Notes under the pieces: generated by a model | The model's input: only the letters and a program-made list of their open reading frames with translations | Told to the model about the DNA's origin: nothing | The model's database searches: none | Made by a program: the position numbers and the translations under genes | Shown here: positions 56,701 through 64,000 of the stretch, one piece after another | Layout of the letters: every line of letters starts with the position of its first letter | Position numbering within the stretch: the stretch's first letter is position 1 | Source: an uncultured Candidatus Saccharibacteria bacterium | GTDB taxonomy: Bacteria > Patescibacteriota > Minisyncoccia > Phycocordibacterales > JABMNX01 | Length of the DNA stretch: 64,000 bases | Assembly (NCBI GenBank): GCA_964575755.1 | Contig: CAZNRH010000004.1 | Coordinates: forward strand, 699 to 64,698 | Direction of reading: 5' to 3'

Positions 56701-57317
56701 AATTGTCAGTACCTTCAACCACACTTGTTACTTCAACAATGGATCTTTACCGATTCAGCGTGACAGCTAATAGTGCAGGTTCAGTCGGTATCTACAGGTT
56801 CACTGTGAACATTGCGACATCATCAACACCTTCTGGAACATCATCAACAACTGTAAAACAGCTTAAGGTTTATGCTTACACTGATTCAGGATTCTCCTCA
56901 ACAGTGTCAGGATTCTCTACTGCTGGTCAGTTGAACAGTACAGCCGCTGGATTAGTAGATGGAGACAATATTATCCTTATGGGTGGTACGTCTGGATCAC
57001 AGGCATATCTCCAGATTCCAGCAGGAGCAACGTACTACTTTAAGGTTGTAGGAGATGTAGCTCTAACTGGTGGACCAACTGCAGGTTCAATTACGACCAG
57101 TCTTCTAGGGGATGCGAATTACCCACTTAACGGTACTAGCTTCCTTATGGCTGATGCAGCAAGCTCGACGGCGTTTACTGATGGAAATGGAGATAACTTC
57201 ATTTGGTCACCAAACGCAACAACAACGTCTAATGTTGAACATGAAGATTGGACAAATGGTTACTTCGTATCAGGATTACCTTCAGGTAACATGGATAACC
57301 AAGTTATCGTTAAGTAA
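53775..57317 (+). CDS. Giant (about 1170 aa) surface protein: signal/TM, peptidoglycan-binding-like domain, then Thr/Ser/Gly/Val-rich beta-repeat region
   Basis: 'IVTALIVVAMIFGAMFAF' signal anchor; 'SKGADVTCLQDYLTGTG...GYFGSVTKSAVAAWQAANGV' PG_binding_1-like; the rest is low-complexity repeats. The real start may be the ATG at 53814. Confidence 0.65.
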   Translation: MDTQKVYRKIKLIMTNTLQTRKIVTALIVVAMIFGAMFAFTSVKAYALTEAQIQSILSLLSSFGSDQGVIDNVNASLRGQATSGTGSTGTTACSFSASLTMGSKGADVTCLQDYLTGTGHFTFSGGSTGYFGSVTKSAVAAWQAANGVAPAVGYFGPISMAKYTAVAGTTTGGDTSGGTTTPAPTGTGLSVSAGVQPAASLAPESAARVPFTNFTVTAGSDGAVTMNSVVVERTGLAANAAFAGVVLLDSNGVMLGTAKTLNSNDQATVGEAVTIPAGTSQTFTVAGNMAAVNTLRAGQVASLSIVSVNTTATVSGSLPITGASHTINSTLTIGAATMAVSSFDPNSAQSKEIGTTGVRVAGVQVTAGSAEDIRIRNIRWNQTGSAGTTDITNIVTVVDGTSYPTTISSDGNYYTSNFGSGIVVTKGNNVDVYVKVDIASGSSRTVIMDIAKATDIYVTGETFGYGITATQSQDGTVGLTTASEFTTGSPFFDNATMTISAGSVTTIQKSASVAAQNIAVNVSNQPLGGFETDIKGEAINIAGMTFTVATSSVSTGGLLTNVTIVDQNGSVVAGPIDSTGYAPQTLAFTDSITIPTGKMVYTLKGKIGANATNGGTYIATTDPSSTWTTPVGDVTGDAITIATGSFSLNTMTVKAAALDIAISSTPVAQNITAGAQDFTFANVQLDATQSGEDVRFSSLKLAMTFSGMAVTDVTACQLFDGSTALNTGSNVVTPSGSSDADQTFTLDQTLTISKGTVKSLAVKCDLASGLSDGDYVAWGINLASSNPTVTGVTSSSSVSENISDATGPQMTVATVGVVASKDSASPSYVIGAAGSTGVNAGVIKFRASNEAVTLQRVGLVLTSGAAADLVQVSLWDGSTKVGTAIFVGSNTNATSTLTTPVTLPKDVDKTLTVKVDLASIGSSQPGTQGKLIKVDINTDGTNTQGVGQESGTTVTVSGSTLVDGVRMMKSYPTFAKLSVPSTTLVTSTMDLYRFSVTANSAGSVGIYRFTVNIATSSTPSGTSSTTVKQLKVYAYTDSGFSSTVSGFSTAGQLNSTAAGLVDGDNIILMGGTSGSQAYLQIPAGATYYFKVVGDVALTGGPTAGSITTSLLGDANYPLNGTSFLMADAASSTAFTDGNGDNFIWSPNATTTSNVEHEDWTNGYFVSGLPSGNMDNQVIVK

Positions 57318-57377
57318 TCTCGTTACTTAGACCTAATCTAGAAGCAAAGTTCGCTAACACTTACTCCTAGATAAAAT

Positions 57378-57412
57378 AAAAACCCTCGCTTTTGCGAGGG
57401 TTTTTATTTTAT
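57378..57412 (+). terminator. Rho-independent terminator
   Basis: 'aaaaaccctcgcttttgcgagggtttttattttatc'. Confidence 0.8.
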
Positions 57413-57439
57413 CAGTTTGTAGGTTTACAGTTGTTAGCT

Positions 57440-57550
57440 TACAGGCTCCCTGTTTGCCCAAGCTTTGCTTGGATACAAACAGCAGTGCAGAGCCTCCCTG
57501 TTTGTCTAAAAGCCACAACGATTAGATACAAACAACAGAGCAGGAAGGTC
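57440..57550. repeat. Two tandem copies of the CCCTGTTTG...GATACAAACA palindromic repeat
   Basis: 'ccctgtttgcccaagctttgcttggatacaaacagcag' and 'ccctgtttgtctaaaagccacaacgattagatacaaacaacag'; the latter matches 36826-36882 inverted. Confidence 0.6.
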
Positions 57551-57569
57551 TTTTCAGACCGAGTCGTGG

Positions 57570-57604
57570 AAAACACGACCGCCGAAGGCGGTCGTGTTTT
57601 TTGC
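57570..57604 (+). terminator. Terminator hairpin
   Basis: 'aaaacacgaccgccgaaggcggtcgtgttttttgc'; preceded by 'agaccgagtcgtg', which is also found at 48793. Confidence 0.7.
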
Positions 57605-57688
57605 TAAAAGCCGTAACCCGTAAGCTGATAGCTAACGCAGTCACAAGCAACCTTTAGGTTGCTTGTGACTGCGTTTTAAAATACAATA

Positions 57689-58516
57689 GTGGACATGTTT
57701 ACAGATAAAATCAACAGTGAAAAGACTCAAAAAATTATTGGAATAACAGTAACTGTGCTCCTTGTCGGCCTTATTGGCTGGTATGTTATGCGTGATATTT
57801 CTCCTGTAAATCCTACTGGAGAGCTAGATAAAGTAGGGGGTGGGAGTATAGAAGCTCTAGTTGAAAGCGGTGATGCTGAAATAAAAGAAATACCAACAGG
57901 TTTAGACCTTGATGTTGATACAGTAGCGCGACCAAAACTAGGTAGAGCAATTACGTTTCCAGATAGGTTTTCTTCTGAAGCGATTGAAATTTTAGTAAAT
58001 AATATTGCGACACTTACAACTCAATTAAAAGAAGACCCTAACTCATTTCAAGCTTGGTCTGACTTGGCAATACAATATAAAATAATTGATGACTTTGAAG
58101 GAGCTGCTGAAATATGGGGATTCTTAATAATTTCCACAGAAGACAATGTAAATACTCGCATTAACCTTGGTAACCTATATCACTATCAACTAAGAGAGTA
58201 CGAGAAATCAGAGGCAGTATTTAAAGAAATAATAGACATCGATAGTAGTGTGTCGGGAGCATACACAGGACTTCATGAGTTGTATAGATATTCATATAAG
58301 ACAGATACAGCACAGGCAATAGATATACTTAAGGAGGGTGTGGTAGCTGTACCAGACGATATTGATATCAGGATGTTACTTGCTTCGTATTACACAAAGA
58401 TTGATATGAAAGATGAGGCGCTTCTAGTGTATGAAGAAGTATTAGTGATGGCAAACACAGCAGGGAATACAAACTTAGTTACCATAATAGAGTCAGCAAT
58501 TCAAAATCTTAAATAG
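57689..58516 (+). CDS. Membrane-anchored TPR-repeat protein
   Basis: N-terminal TM helix 'IIGITVTVLLVGLIGWYV'; TPR-like 'AWSDLAIQYKIIDDFEGAAEIW', 'NLGNLYHYQLREYEKSEAVFKEII'. Confidence 0.6.
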   Translation: MDMFTDKINSEKTQKIIGITVTVLLVGLIGWYVMRDISPVNPTGELDKVGGGSIEALVESGDAEIKEIPTGLDLDVDTVARPKLGRAITFPDRFSSEAIEILVNNIATLTTQLKEDPNSFQAWSDLAIQYKIIDDFEGAAEIWGFLIISTEDNVNTRINLGNLYHYQLREYEKSEAVFKEIIDIDSSVSGAYTGLHELYRYSYKTDTAQAIDILKEGVVAVPDDIDIRMLLASYYTKIDMKDEALLVYEEVLVMANTAGNTNLVTIIESAIQNLK

Positions 58517-58519
58517 AGC

Positions 58520-58990
58520 TAAAATAACAAATTTGGAGACCTGGTCTCCAAATTTGTATAAAAGATTAAATAATATGCAACGAATAGTAAATCATTCATT
58601 TTTCAAATTCTTCGTTGGTTTTATAGCGATGTTACTTCTTAGTTTTGCGATTATAACCATAACTTCACAGATTTCAGAAAAGGAAGTCGACTCCAAAAAC
58701 CAAACAGCCTGCCAAGATTCAGAAGACTGCTAAACAACAAATGGAGGACGTCGGATGTCCTCCATTTGTAGAAAAGTTATTAACAGAATGACGTGGTTTG
58801 AGGTGGTTAGGTTTTTTGGTTGTTGAAGTCAGACTTCAACAAACTTCAACAAAAAATGAGGGACGTCGGAGGTCCAACATTTAAGGAGGGGTATAGTTCT
58901 GTTTCAGACTATATGCGTAAGTTAAAACCCAGAATAATAAATTTGGAGACCTGGTCTCCAAATTTAGACTGCTGGTCTAGTTACTTATGT
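58520..58990. repeat. Composite repeat region: two perfect copies of the palindrome 'AAATTTGGAGACCTGGTCTCCAAATTT', GGACGTC-centred palindromes, and a ~45-bp duplicate of the hicB 3' end
   Basis: Palindrome at 58533-58559 and 58940-58966; 'aaatggaggacgtcggatgtcctccattt' at 58741; 'aaggaggggtatagttctgtttcagactatatgcgtaa' at ~58877-58915 matches 46096-46135. Confidence 0.7.
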
Positions 58991-59300
58991 GTTTTGTTGT
59001 AAACCACAATCCGGCAATAAAAACGGATATAAGAGATATAAAAACAGGGGGAAAAAGTAACATATACCCTAAAATAATTAAAATAAATTTAGAGTCCTCT
59101 CCAAATATTTCAATATATATCCCAAAACTGATAGGGAAAGTTAAAAGAATTAATGTCAGAATGACGGTGATTATATATACTAGTATAGATACAATTCTTG
59201 CGAAAACATGTTTTCCTTTATTGAAAATCTTTCTTCTTGGCCATATCGCTAATTTATATCCCAAAAAGCAAGAGAGCGCTAATGGTACAAGGAGCAACAT
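58977..59300 (-). CDS. Hypothetical multi-TM membrane protein
   Basis: 107-aa hydrophobic ORF. Confidence 0.4.
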   Translation of the reverse strand: MLLLVPLALSCFLGYKLAIWPRRKIFNKGKHVFARIVSILVYIITVILTLILLTFPISFGIYIEIFGEDSKFILIILGYMLLFPPVFISLISVFIAGLWFTTKHISN

Positions 59301-59408
59301 GATGTACTATGAGGTCATATCTGCCATAACTATAGTGTATCATCACAAAAAATGACTCTAGTGCTGGCTCTAGAGTTAATTTTTTTGTGATGGTATAGTT
59401 ACTTATAC

Positions 59409-60053
59409 ATGAAAACTTTCTTTTTAAATGTGTGGAGATATGGGCGGTGGGTTCTATTGGCTGTGATTGTGTTGTATGTGGCTCTCGTCATCTATCGAAT
59501 TCCATTTGTGGCAGAACAGGAAAGGTCTGACGAAGCTGTTGCATTTATTAATGCGCAAGCTATTACAATGGCAGATGTGACAGGAGAGAATTTGCCACCA
59601 GTGCCCGACAAAGAAATAAATGATTCGACTATTGAGGGAATCGACGTAAACAGTAATGGTATTCGAGATGATGCTGAACTCTCTATCTTTGAGATCTATC
59701 CATATGATATTAAGATTCGCGCAGCTTTGTTGCAGTATGCAATGGCATTGCAGTTGTATATTACAAAAGTGTTTGATTCGGAGACGTGGAAAGAAGCTGA
59801 TATTCAAACGTCACGAGGGTACTTTTGTTTATTAAAATCTCTTCCCCAATTAGATAAGAATATTGCAACTAGTAAAGATATCGAAATTTTTTCTGATAAA
59901 CACGATTTTCTTGTAGATCAAGTTAGAGATCTTGTGATGAATACTGAAATTAGAAAAGAAAAGTATGAAGACATGTTTGTTAAATTTATCACTTCAACTA
60001 GCGGAAATGAAAAAGAAGACTGTGATCTAGACCAAGAAGTATTTAGGAATTAA
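59409..60053 (+). CDS. Membrane-anchored hypothetical protein
   Basis: TM helix 'WVLLAVIVLYVALVIY', then a soluble domain. Confidence 0.45.
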   Translation: MKTFFLNVWRYGRWVLLAVIVLYVALVIYRIPFVAEQERSDEAVAFINAQAITMADVTGENLPPVPDKEINDSTIEGIDVNSNGIRDDAELSIFEIYPYDIKIRAALLQYAMALQLYITKVFDSETWKEADIQTSRGYFCLLKSLPQLDKNIATSKDIEIFSDKHDFLVDQVRDLVMNTEIRKEKYEDMFVKFITSTSGNEKEDCDLDQEVFRN

Positions 60054-60059
60054 TATTCT

Positions 60060-61289
60060 ATGTTTAAAAAAACTTGTGTAATTCTGACTCTCGTAGTAAT
60101 AGGATTGTCTAACGCTAATATTGCACTTGCTGAAAGTTGTAAAACTGATGGTTATACTGTGGTGTTTGTAAATGGGGTTTTTACAAGTGAAGAAGAAGCT
60201 AGGGCTGGAATGGATGAATTTAAAAAGGACTATTTTTTATTAGCAAGTGGTCGTAATAATGTCACATTTAAGTTAGGCTATAACCCATCACATCTAGCGG
60301 GGGTCGGGGATATTGCGCAGGCAGTGTCGCAGGTGATGGGGTCGTCGATGAGTGACTTTGATCTACAGACCATATTGATGCAGGTTCATTCGGAGATAAC
60401 GACTCAGAAGATTCTATTAGTTGGACATTCTCAGGGTACTTTATATACGAATGAGATGTATAAGTATTTGACTACGCATGGTGTGCCTGTGGAGGCTATC
60501 GCTGTATATAATCTTGCGACACCAGCGAGTTCTGTTTCTGGAGGCGGTAAGTACCTCACATCTGGTAATGATAATCTTATAAACACAGTTCGAGAGTGGA
60601 CGGCTAGTGTAGGTGCTCCACAACCTCTCCCTGCAAATGTTCTTTTACCGCCTTCGTCTGCTGACATAGAAGAACTTTTTCGTGGGCATGCATTTTCTCG
60701 TGAGTATCTTGCACAGGGTGCAGGAACTATTGTGTCTGATATCGATAATTTGTTAAGTGGATTAAAGACAGGAGGCACGGTTTCTGGAAGCGAGTCTGGT
60801 TGTTTCGATTCGCCTGTTGGCACGTTCTCTTATAGAATGCAAAAGTTTGGTTTCGCCATTGCTGACCCGTCTGTTACAGCTATACGCATTGCGGTAGTAA
60901 ATACAGGAAAGACGATGGCGGCGGTTGGGTCTTCTGTAAAATATCGAGTGCTGACTGTGATTGAAAATGCTCATTTTGGTTTGTTTTCTGGGCAAGATAA
61001 GGTCACGCAGAATACAGCGTCAGTGGGGAGTATAGAATATTCTCAAAAGACTATATTTGAGTTGGAGCTTCCGCCTGTTCCTGATGACTTGTTACAAGAA
61101 GAAGTTGAGACAGAAGAAGAGGTTGTGCTAGGGGAGGAAGGACCTAAGCTTCGATTGGCAGAAGAAGTGGTGATAGGGGCAACTCGATTAAAAGGCATGT
61201 CGCCGCCTTTGGGTACACCTGATTTGGGAGGCGCAACAATTGATAGTTCACCACCAAATGGTCCACCACCACCTGGGGGAGAGTATTAA
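60060..61289 (+). CDS. Secreted alpha/beta-hydrolase (lipase/esterase-like) with Pro/Gly-rich C-terminal tail
   Basis: Signal peptide 'VILTLVVIGLSNANIALA'; nucleophile elbow 'LLVGHSQGT' (GxSxG); C-terminal 'SPPNGPPPPGGEY'. Confidence 0.6.
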   Translation: MFKKTCVILTLVVIGLSNANIALAESCKTDGYTVVFVNGVFTSEEEARAGMDEFKKDYFLLASGRNNVTFKLGYNPSHLAGVGDIAQAVSQVMGSSMSDFDLQTILMQVHSEITTQKILLVGHSQGTLYTNEMYKYLTTHGVPVEAIAVYNLATPASSVSGGGKYLTSGNDNLINTVREWTASVGAPQPLPANVLLPPSSADIEELFRGHAFSREYLAQGAGTIVSDIDNLLSGLKTGGTVSGSESGCFDSPVGTFSYRMQKFGFAIADPSVTAIRIAVVNTGKTMAAVGSSVKYRVLTVIENAHFGLFSGQDKVTQNTASVGSIEYSQKTIFELELPPVPDDLLQEEVETEEEVVLGEEGPKLRLAEEVVIGATRLKGMSPPLGTPDLGGATIDSSPPNGPPPPGGEY

Positions 61290-61296
61290 GTTTATA

Positions 61297-61364
61297 AACA
61301 CTTGGGTGTCGGTCTGTGGTCTCCGGACATAATATTTTGCGAAATATCAGACACCCAAGTGTTT
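61297..61364. repeat. 68-bp MITE-like element with perfect 15-bp terminal inverted repeats
   Basis: 'aaacacttgggtgtc-ggtctgtggtctccggacataatattttgcgaaatatca-gacacccaagtgttt'; the core matches the 46246-46276 repeat. Confidence 0.7.
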
Positions 61365-61880
61365 TGGTTAGTATTGACTTTTAATTTATATAGTGATATT
61401 TTATTTGTGCAACGTGGAAATTCCCCCCCAGTACATGTTGCGTGCGCGAAGTCCATTGCGACTTCGACAACCTAGTGTGGCATCTTTGGGATCTCCCCCC
61501 TCCCTGTGTGCCACACGGGGTTTCTTTTTTATATAAATGTGATATATTATTTTTATCTTTTGGACAAGTGGAATGCTGTTCTCTGCCCATGGTTCGTATT
61601 CTTCCCCAAGAGTTCTTGGAACCATGGCCTGGTTCCTCCTAGTCCTGCACTGTATTGATGAATTCCCAGGTCCATCAATCTGTGCAGGGCTTTTTCTTTT
61701 TCTTATTATTTTATGGCTGTGGATAATAGTTGAGGGGGGTGTATTGGTGTGTTATAGTGAGTGTGGGAGCAGTTCTTTTGTATTTTAAGCACTTAAGTCA
61801 GTGTGGGACTGTGATCCTGTATTTGAAACCTTCAATAGGGAGATTCTTTCATGAGAATTTTGTTATATGTCCGAATATCC

Positions 61881-62411
61881 ATGGCCACCGCCACCATCGC
61901 CTTGCTTTCCATAGGCCTGAGCAGCAACGCCATGTCAGCGCAGCAATCGCTGTTTGATATCAATCCGCCGACCCAACAGGCCTATACGCCTGACATTGTG
62001 GCTGGCTACACCGACATGGCCGACGTGACCATCATGACTCCCGCACGCATCGACACTGACGCTTTGCCGATTGGTCTGACATTTGGACTTTCTCGTGGTG
62101 AAGTTGATTCGATTTTGGCGAGCGGCTCTACGCCACCCGACCTCGGCTTCAAACCTGATCCTGGTGACATCACGTTGAAGCCAGTGGCTCTGAGTCTTCC
62201 GTTTAAAGATGGTAACATCACGACCGACGTTGGCTCAGCAATCATTACGACGATAAAATCGTCCAAAGTCATCAATCTTGGCCAATATGGATACACTCCA
62301 TATGCCAGTGTGTCCAGTCTTGTTGCATATATGGCCAATGGCACGTCACTCGGCATCAGAAGCGACGACTTCCTCACATCGGAAACCTTCGGCGGTCATC
62401 TTCGCCTCTAG
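61881..62411 (+). CDS. Secreted hypothetical protein encoded in a GC-rich island
   Basis: Signal peptide 'ATATIALLSIGLSSNAMSA'. The coding sequence is clearly GC-richer than the surrounding DNA, and several terminator-like hairpins lie upstream at 61480-61700. Confidence 0.5.
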   Translation: MATATIALLSIGLSSNAMSAQQSLFDINPPTQQAYTPDIVAGYTDMADVTIMTPARIDTDALPIGLTFGLSRGEVDSILASGSTPPDLGFKPDPGDITLKPVALSLPFKDGNITTDVGSAIITTIKSSKVINLGQYGYTPYASVSSLVAYMANGTSLGIRSDDFLTSETFGGHLRL

Positions 62412-62597
62412 CCGACCAAATCTGGAAAGGGAGTCTCAAGAATGGGACTCCCAATCCTACCACCTCTATATTCTCTATGAGAAGTAGGGGTTTTTGTTTT
62501 TTATAATTACAGACTGAACTATGTCCAGTTAACCGGACATAGCAACTGGCAGACTTTTCAACCTGCAAGTTGAAACCTATAAGCTATAAGCTAAACA

Positions 62598-62650
62598 ACA
62601 TTAAATCAACAAAGCGCGAAGCGCTTTGTTGATTTAATGTTGTTTATATG
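62598..62650. other. Long perfect hairpin (about 23-bp stem)
   Basis: 'aacaacattaaatcaacaaagcgcgaagcgctttgttgatttaatgttgtt'. Confidence 0.6.
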
Positions 62651-62655
62651 ATTAA

Positions 62656-63333
62656 GTGTCTTTAGAATATTGTTTTTTAACGCTTTTAACTTCTGAGGAG
62701 GGGAGTGAGATGAAGATTCTTAATATTGAAGTAAGGCATACTATTCCAAACGACCTATCATTGTACAGAATGGTCGCTGGACTTATCATTGCTGTGCTTT
62801 TCTTGACGATGTCACAAGGAATTGTGTTTGAAGTGACGTGGGTCGCCATATATGTCATCGCGTGTCTTACTGATTGGGCTGATGGACATATTGCAAAAAG
62901 ATGGCTGTCAGAAGCGTCTGACTTTGGCAAAATAATCGACCCTCTCGCTGACAAGGTGTTGGTAATCTCAATGGTTACCCTTGTATTGTTTGTTGGGAAG
63001 GTTGAGCTTTTGAGTTTTGAATCGTTTCTCATGGCGCTCATCGTTGCAAGAGAGGTATTAATTTCTATTGCACGAAAACCATTGATTGGGGATGTAAACA
63101 TTCTTTCTGTGAGTAAAATTGGGAGGTGGAAAGCTGCTGTTCAAATGATTGCCGTCGGAGTGCTTCTAGGTAGAGACGGTATTATTGCTGGACTCTTTGG
63201 CCGAATGGTGCCACACTTATCATTTGAATATTTCGGTTCTTTACTTTTACTCACCGCGACAATTCTTACATTGTATTCAGGGTATGGATACTTTGTTCGC
63301 TGGATTAATACGTCTGGTGCAACGACAACTTAA
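62656..63333 (+). CDS. CDP-alcohol phosphatidyltransferase (PgsA-like)
   Basis: 'DWADGHIAKRW...SDFGKIIDPLADKV' = D-G-x2-A-R...G-x3-D-x3-D signature. Confidence 0.8.
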   Translation: MSLEYCFLTLLTSEEGSEMKILNIEVRHTIPNDLSLYRMVAGLIIAVLFLTMSQGIVFEVTWVAIYVIACLTDWADGHIAKRWLSEASDFGKIIDPLADKVLVISMVTLVLFVGKVELLSFESFLMALIVAREVLISIARKPLIGDVNILSVSKIGRWKAAVQMIAVGVLLGRDGIIAGLFGRMVPHLSFEYFGSLLLLTATILTLYSGYGYFVRWINTSGATTT

Positions 63334-63355
63334 GAAGTATTAACTCTAAGTATGT

Positions 63356-63399
63356 ATACCCGGGCTCTCTTTTGAGAGAGCCCGGGTATTGTTTTTTTA
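63356..63399 (+). terminator. Rho-independent terminator
   Basis: 'atacccgggctctcttttgagagagcccgggtattgttttttta'. Confidence 0.8.
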
Positions 63400-63603
63400 T
63401 ATATATTTTGACTTTTCTATATTTGTTGTATATACTCGCTGTATTGGACTGAAGACAACAGGCGCGATTAGCTGACAGCCAAAAGCTAACTTTAAGACCT
63501 GTCGAGGAACTACATGCATTCATATATTATATGTTGGCGTGTCTAACTACTTCATTCAGACCAATTTAATGGTCGGTTTTTTATTGCATAGCCAAAAATT
63601 ACA
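63400..63603 (+). promoter_or_regulatory. Putative rplJ leader region
   Basis: 200-nt untranslated stretch between the terminator and the L10 start; L10 leaders are autoregulatory in many bacteria (inference from position only). Confidence 0.3.
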
Positions 63604-64000
63604 ATGGCAAAAACAAGAGAACAAAAAACAAAGATATTAGAGAAATTAACCAGTGCTGTGAAAGACGCTGGCTCTGTTGTGTTTGTGAACTTTCATGGGC
63701 TTGGTGTTACTGACACTAACAAAATGCGAAGTGCGCTAAAAGAACAAGATGTGAAATATTTTGTTGCAAAGAAAACATTAGCAAAGCGTGCTTTAGACGA
63801 GTCTGGCATTGAGGGTGATGTCCCTGCGTTTGATGGGGAACTCGCTATTGTTTGGGGTAATGACCAAATTGCTCCAGCATGCGGTGTTAAAGAGTTTACT
63901 GACAAGCACAAAAAAGAACTTTCGATTCTTGGAGGAGTCTTTGAGAATCGATTTCTTGGAAAAGAAGAGATGACAGTTATTGCATCTATTCCACCACTAA
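63604..64000 (+). CDS. rplJ: Ribosomal protein L10, 3'-partial (runs off the window)
   Basis: 'MAKTREQKTKILEKLTSAVKDAGSVVFVNFHGLGVTDTNKMRSALKE...' fits the L10 N-terminal pattern; no stop before the window end. Confidence 0.75.
   Translation, partial: MAKTREQKTKILEKLTSAVKDAGSVVFVNFHGLGVTDTNKMRSALKEQDVKYFVAKKTLAKRALDESGIEGDVPAFDGELAIVWGNDQIAPACGVKEFTDKHKKELSILGGVFENRFLGKEEMTVIASIPPL

Noticed and set aside
58533-58733. 66-aa ORF inside the palindromic repeat cluster
   Set aside because: Its listed start is a TTG within the perfect palindrome; only a ~52-aa ATG-initiated version is possible. It is embedded in repeats and is probably not a real gene.
1-64000. Scanned for CRISPR arrays (regularly spaced direct repeats of 24-48 bp) and rRNA genes
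   Set aside because: None present; the repeats found are palindromic or inverted and irregularly spaced, not repeat-spacer arrays.

Overview
AT-rich (by eye roughly 35-40% GC), gene-dense bacterial window with short intergenic spacers and many small palindromic repeats. The gene content suggests a reduced-genome, CPR/Patescibacteria-like organism (inference): five tRNA genes, ribosomal proteins L19, L11, S6, S18 and L10, SecE-NusG, four aminoacyl-tRNA synthetases (ArgS, eukaryote-like IleS, dimeric archaeal/eukaryal-type GlyRS, short MetRS), RecA, RecO, RuvX, FtsK, EF-P, an ECF sigma/anti-sigma pair, a type IV pilus PilM/N/O cluster and very large repeat-rich surface proteins. Stand-out observations are: (1) an IleS carrying a complete histidine-phosphatase (phosphoglycerate-mutase family) domain inserted into its catalytic core; (2) a thyA-CYTH-dcd cluster ending in a 506-aa second ThyA-fold protein that keeps all catalytic residues and has a ~200-aa unknown N-terminal domain; (3) several families of MITE-like palindromic repeats, one flanking a HicAB toxin-antitoxin pair and another forming start-codon-occluding hairpins in front of ssb and a small membrane-protein gene; (4) a tRNA neighbourhood with tRNA-fragment duplications and three free-standing homing-type endonucleases (one LAGLIDADG, two paralogous zinc-finger-HNH); (5) a cassette-like run of minus-strand accessory genes with shared upstream sequences; (6) a His/Cys-rich SIMPL-domain protein divergent from a ZIP metal transporter; (7) several visibly GC-richer islands that are probably horizontally acquired. 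No CRISPR array or rRNA was seen. All calls are by-eye motif recognition, without database searches.
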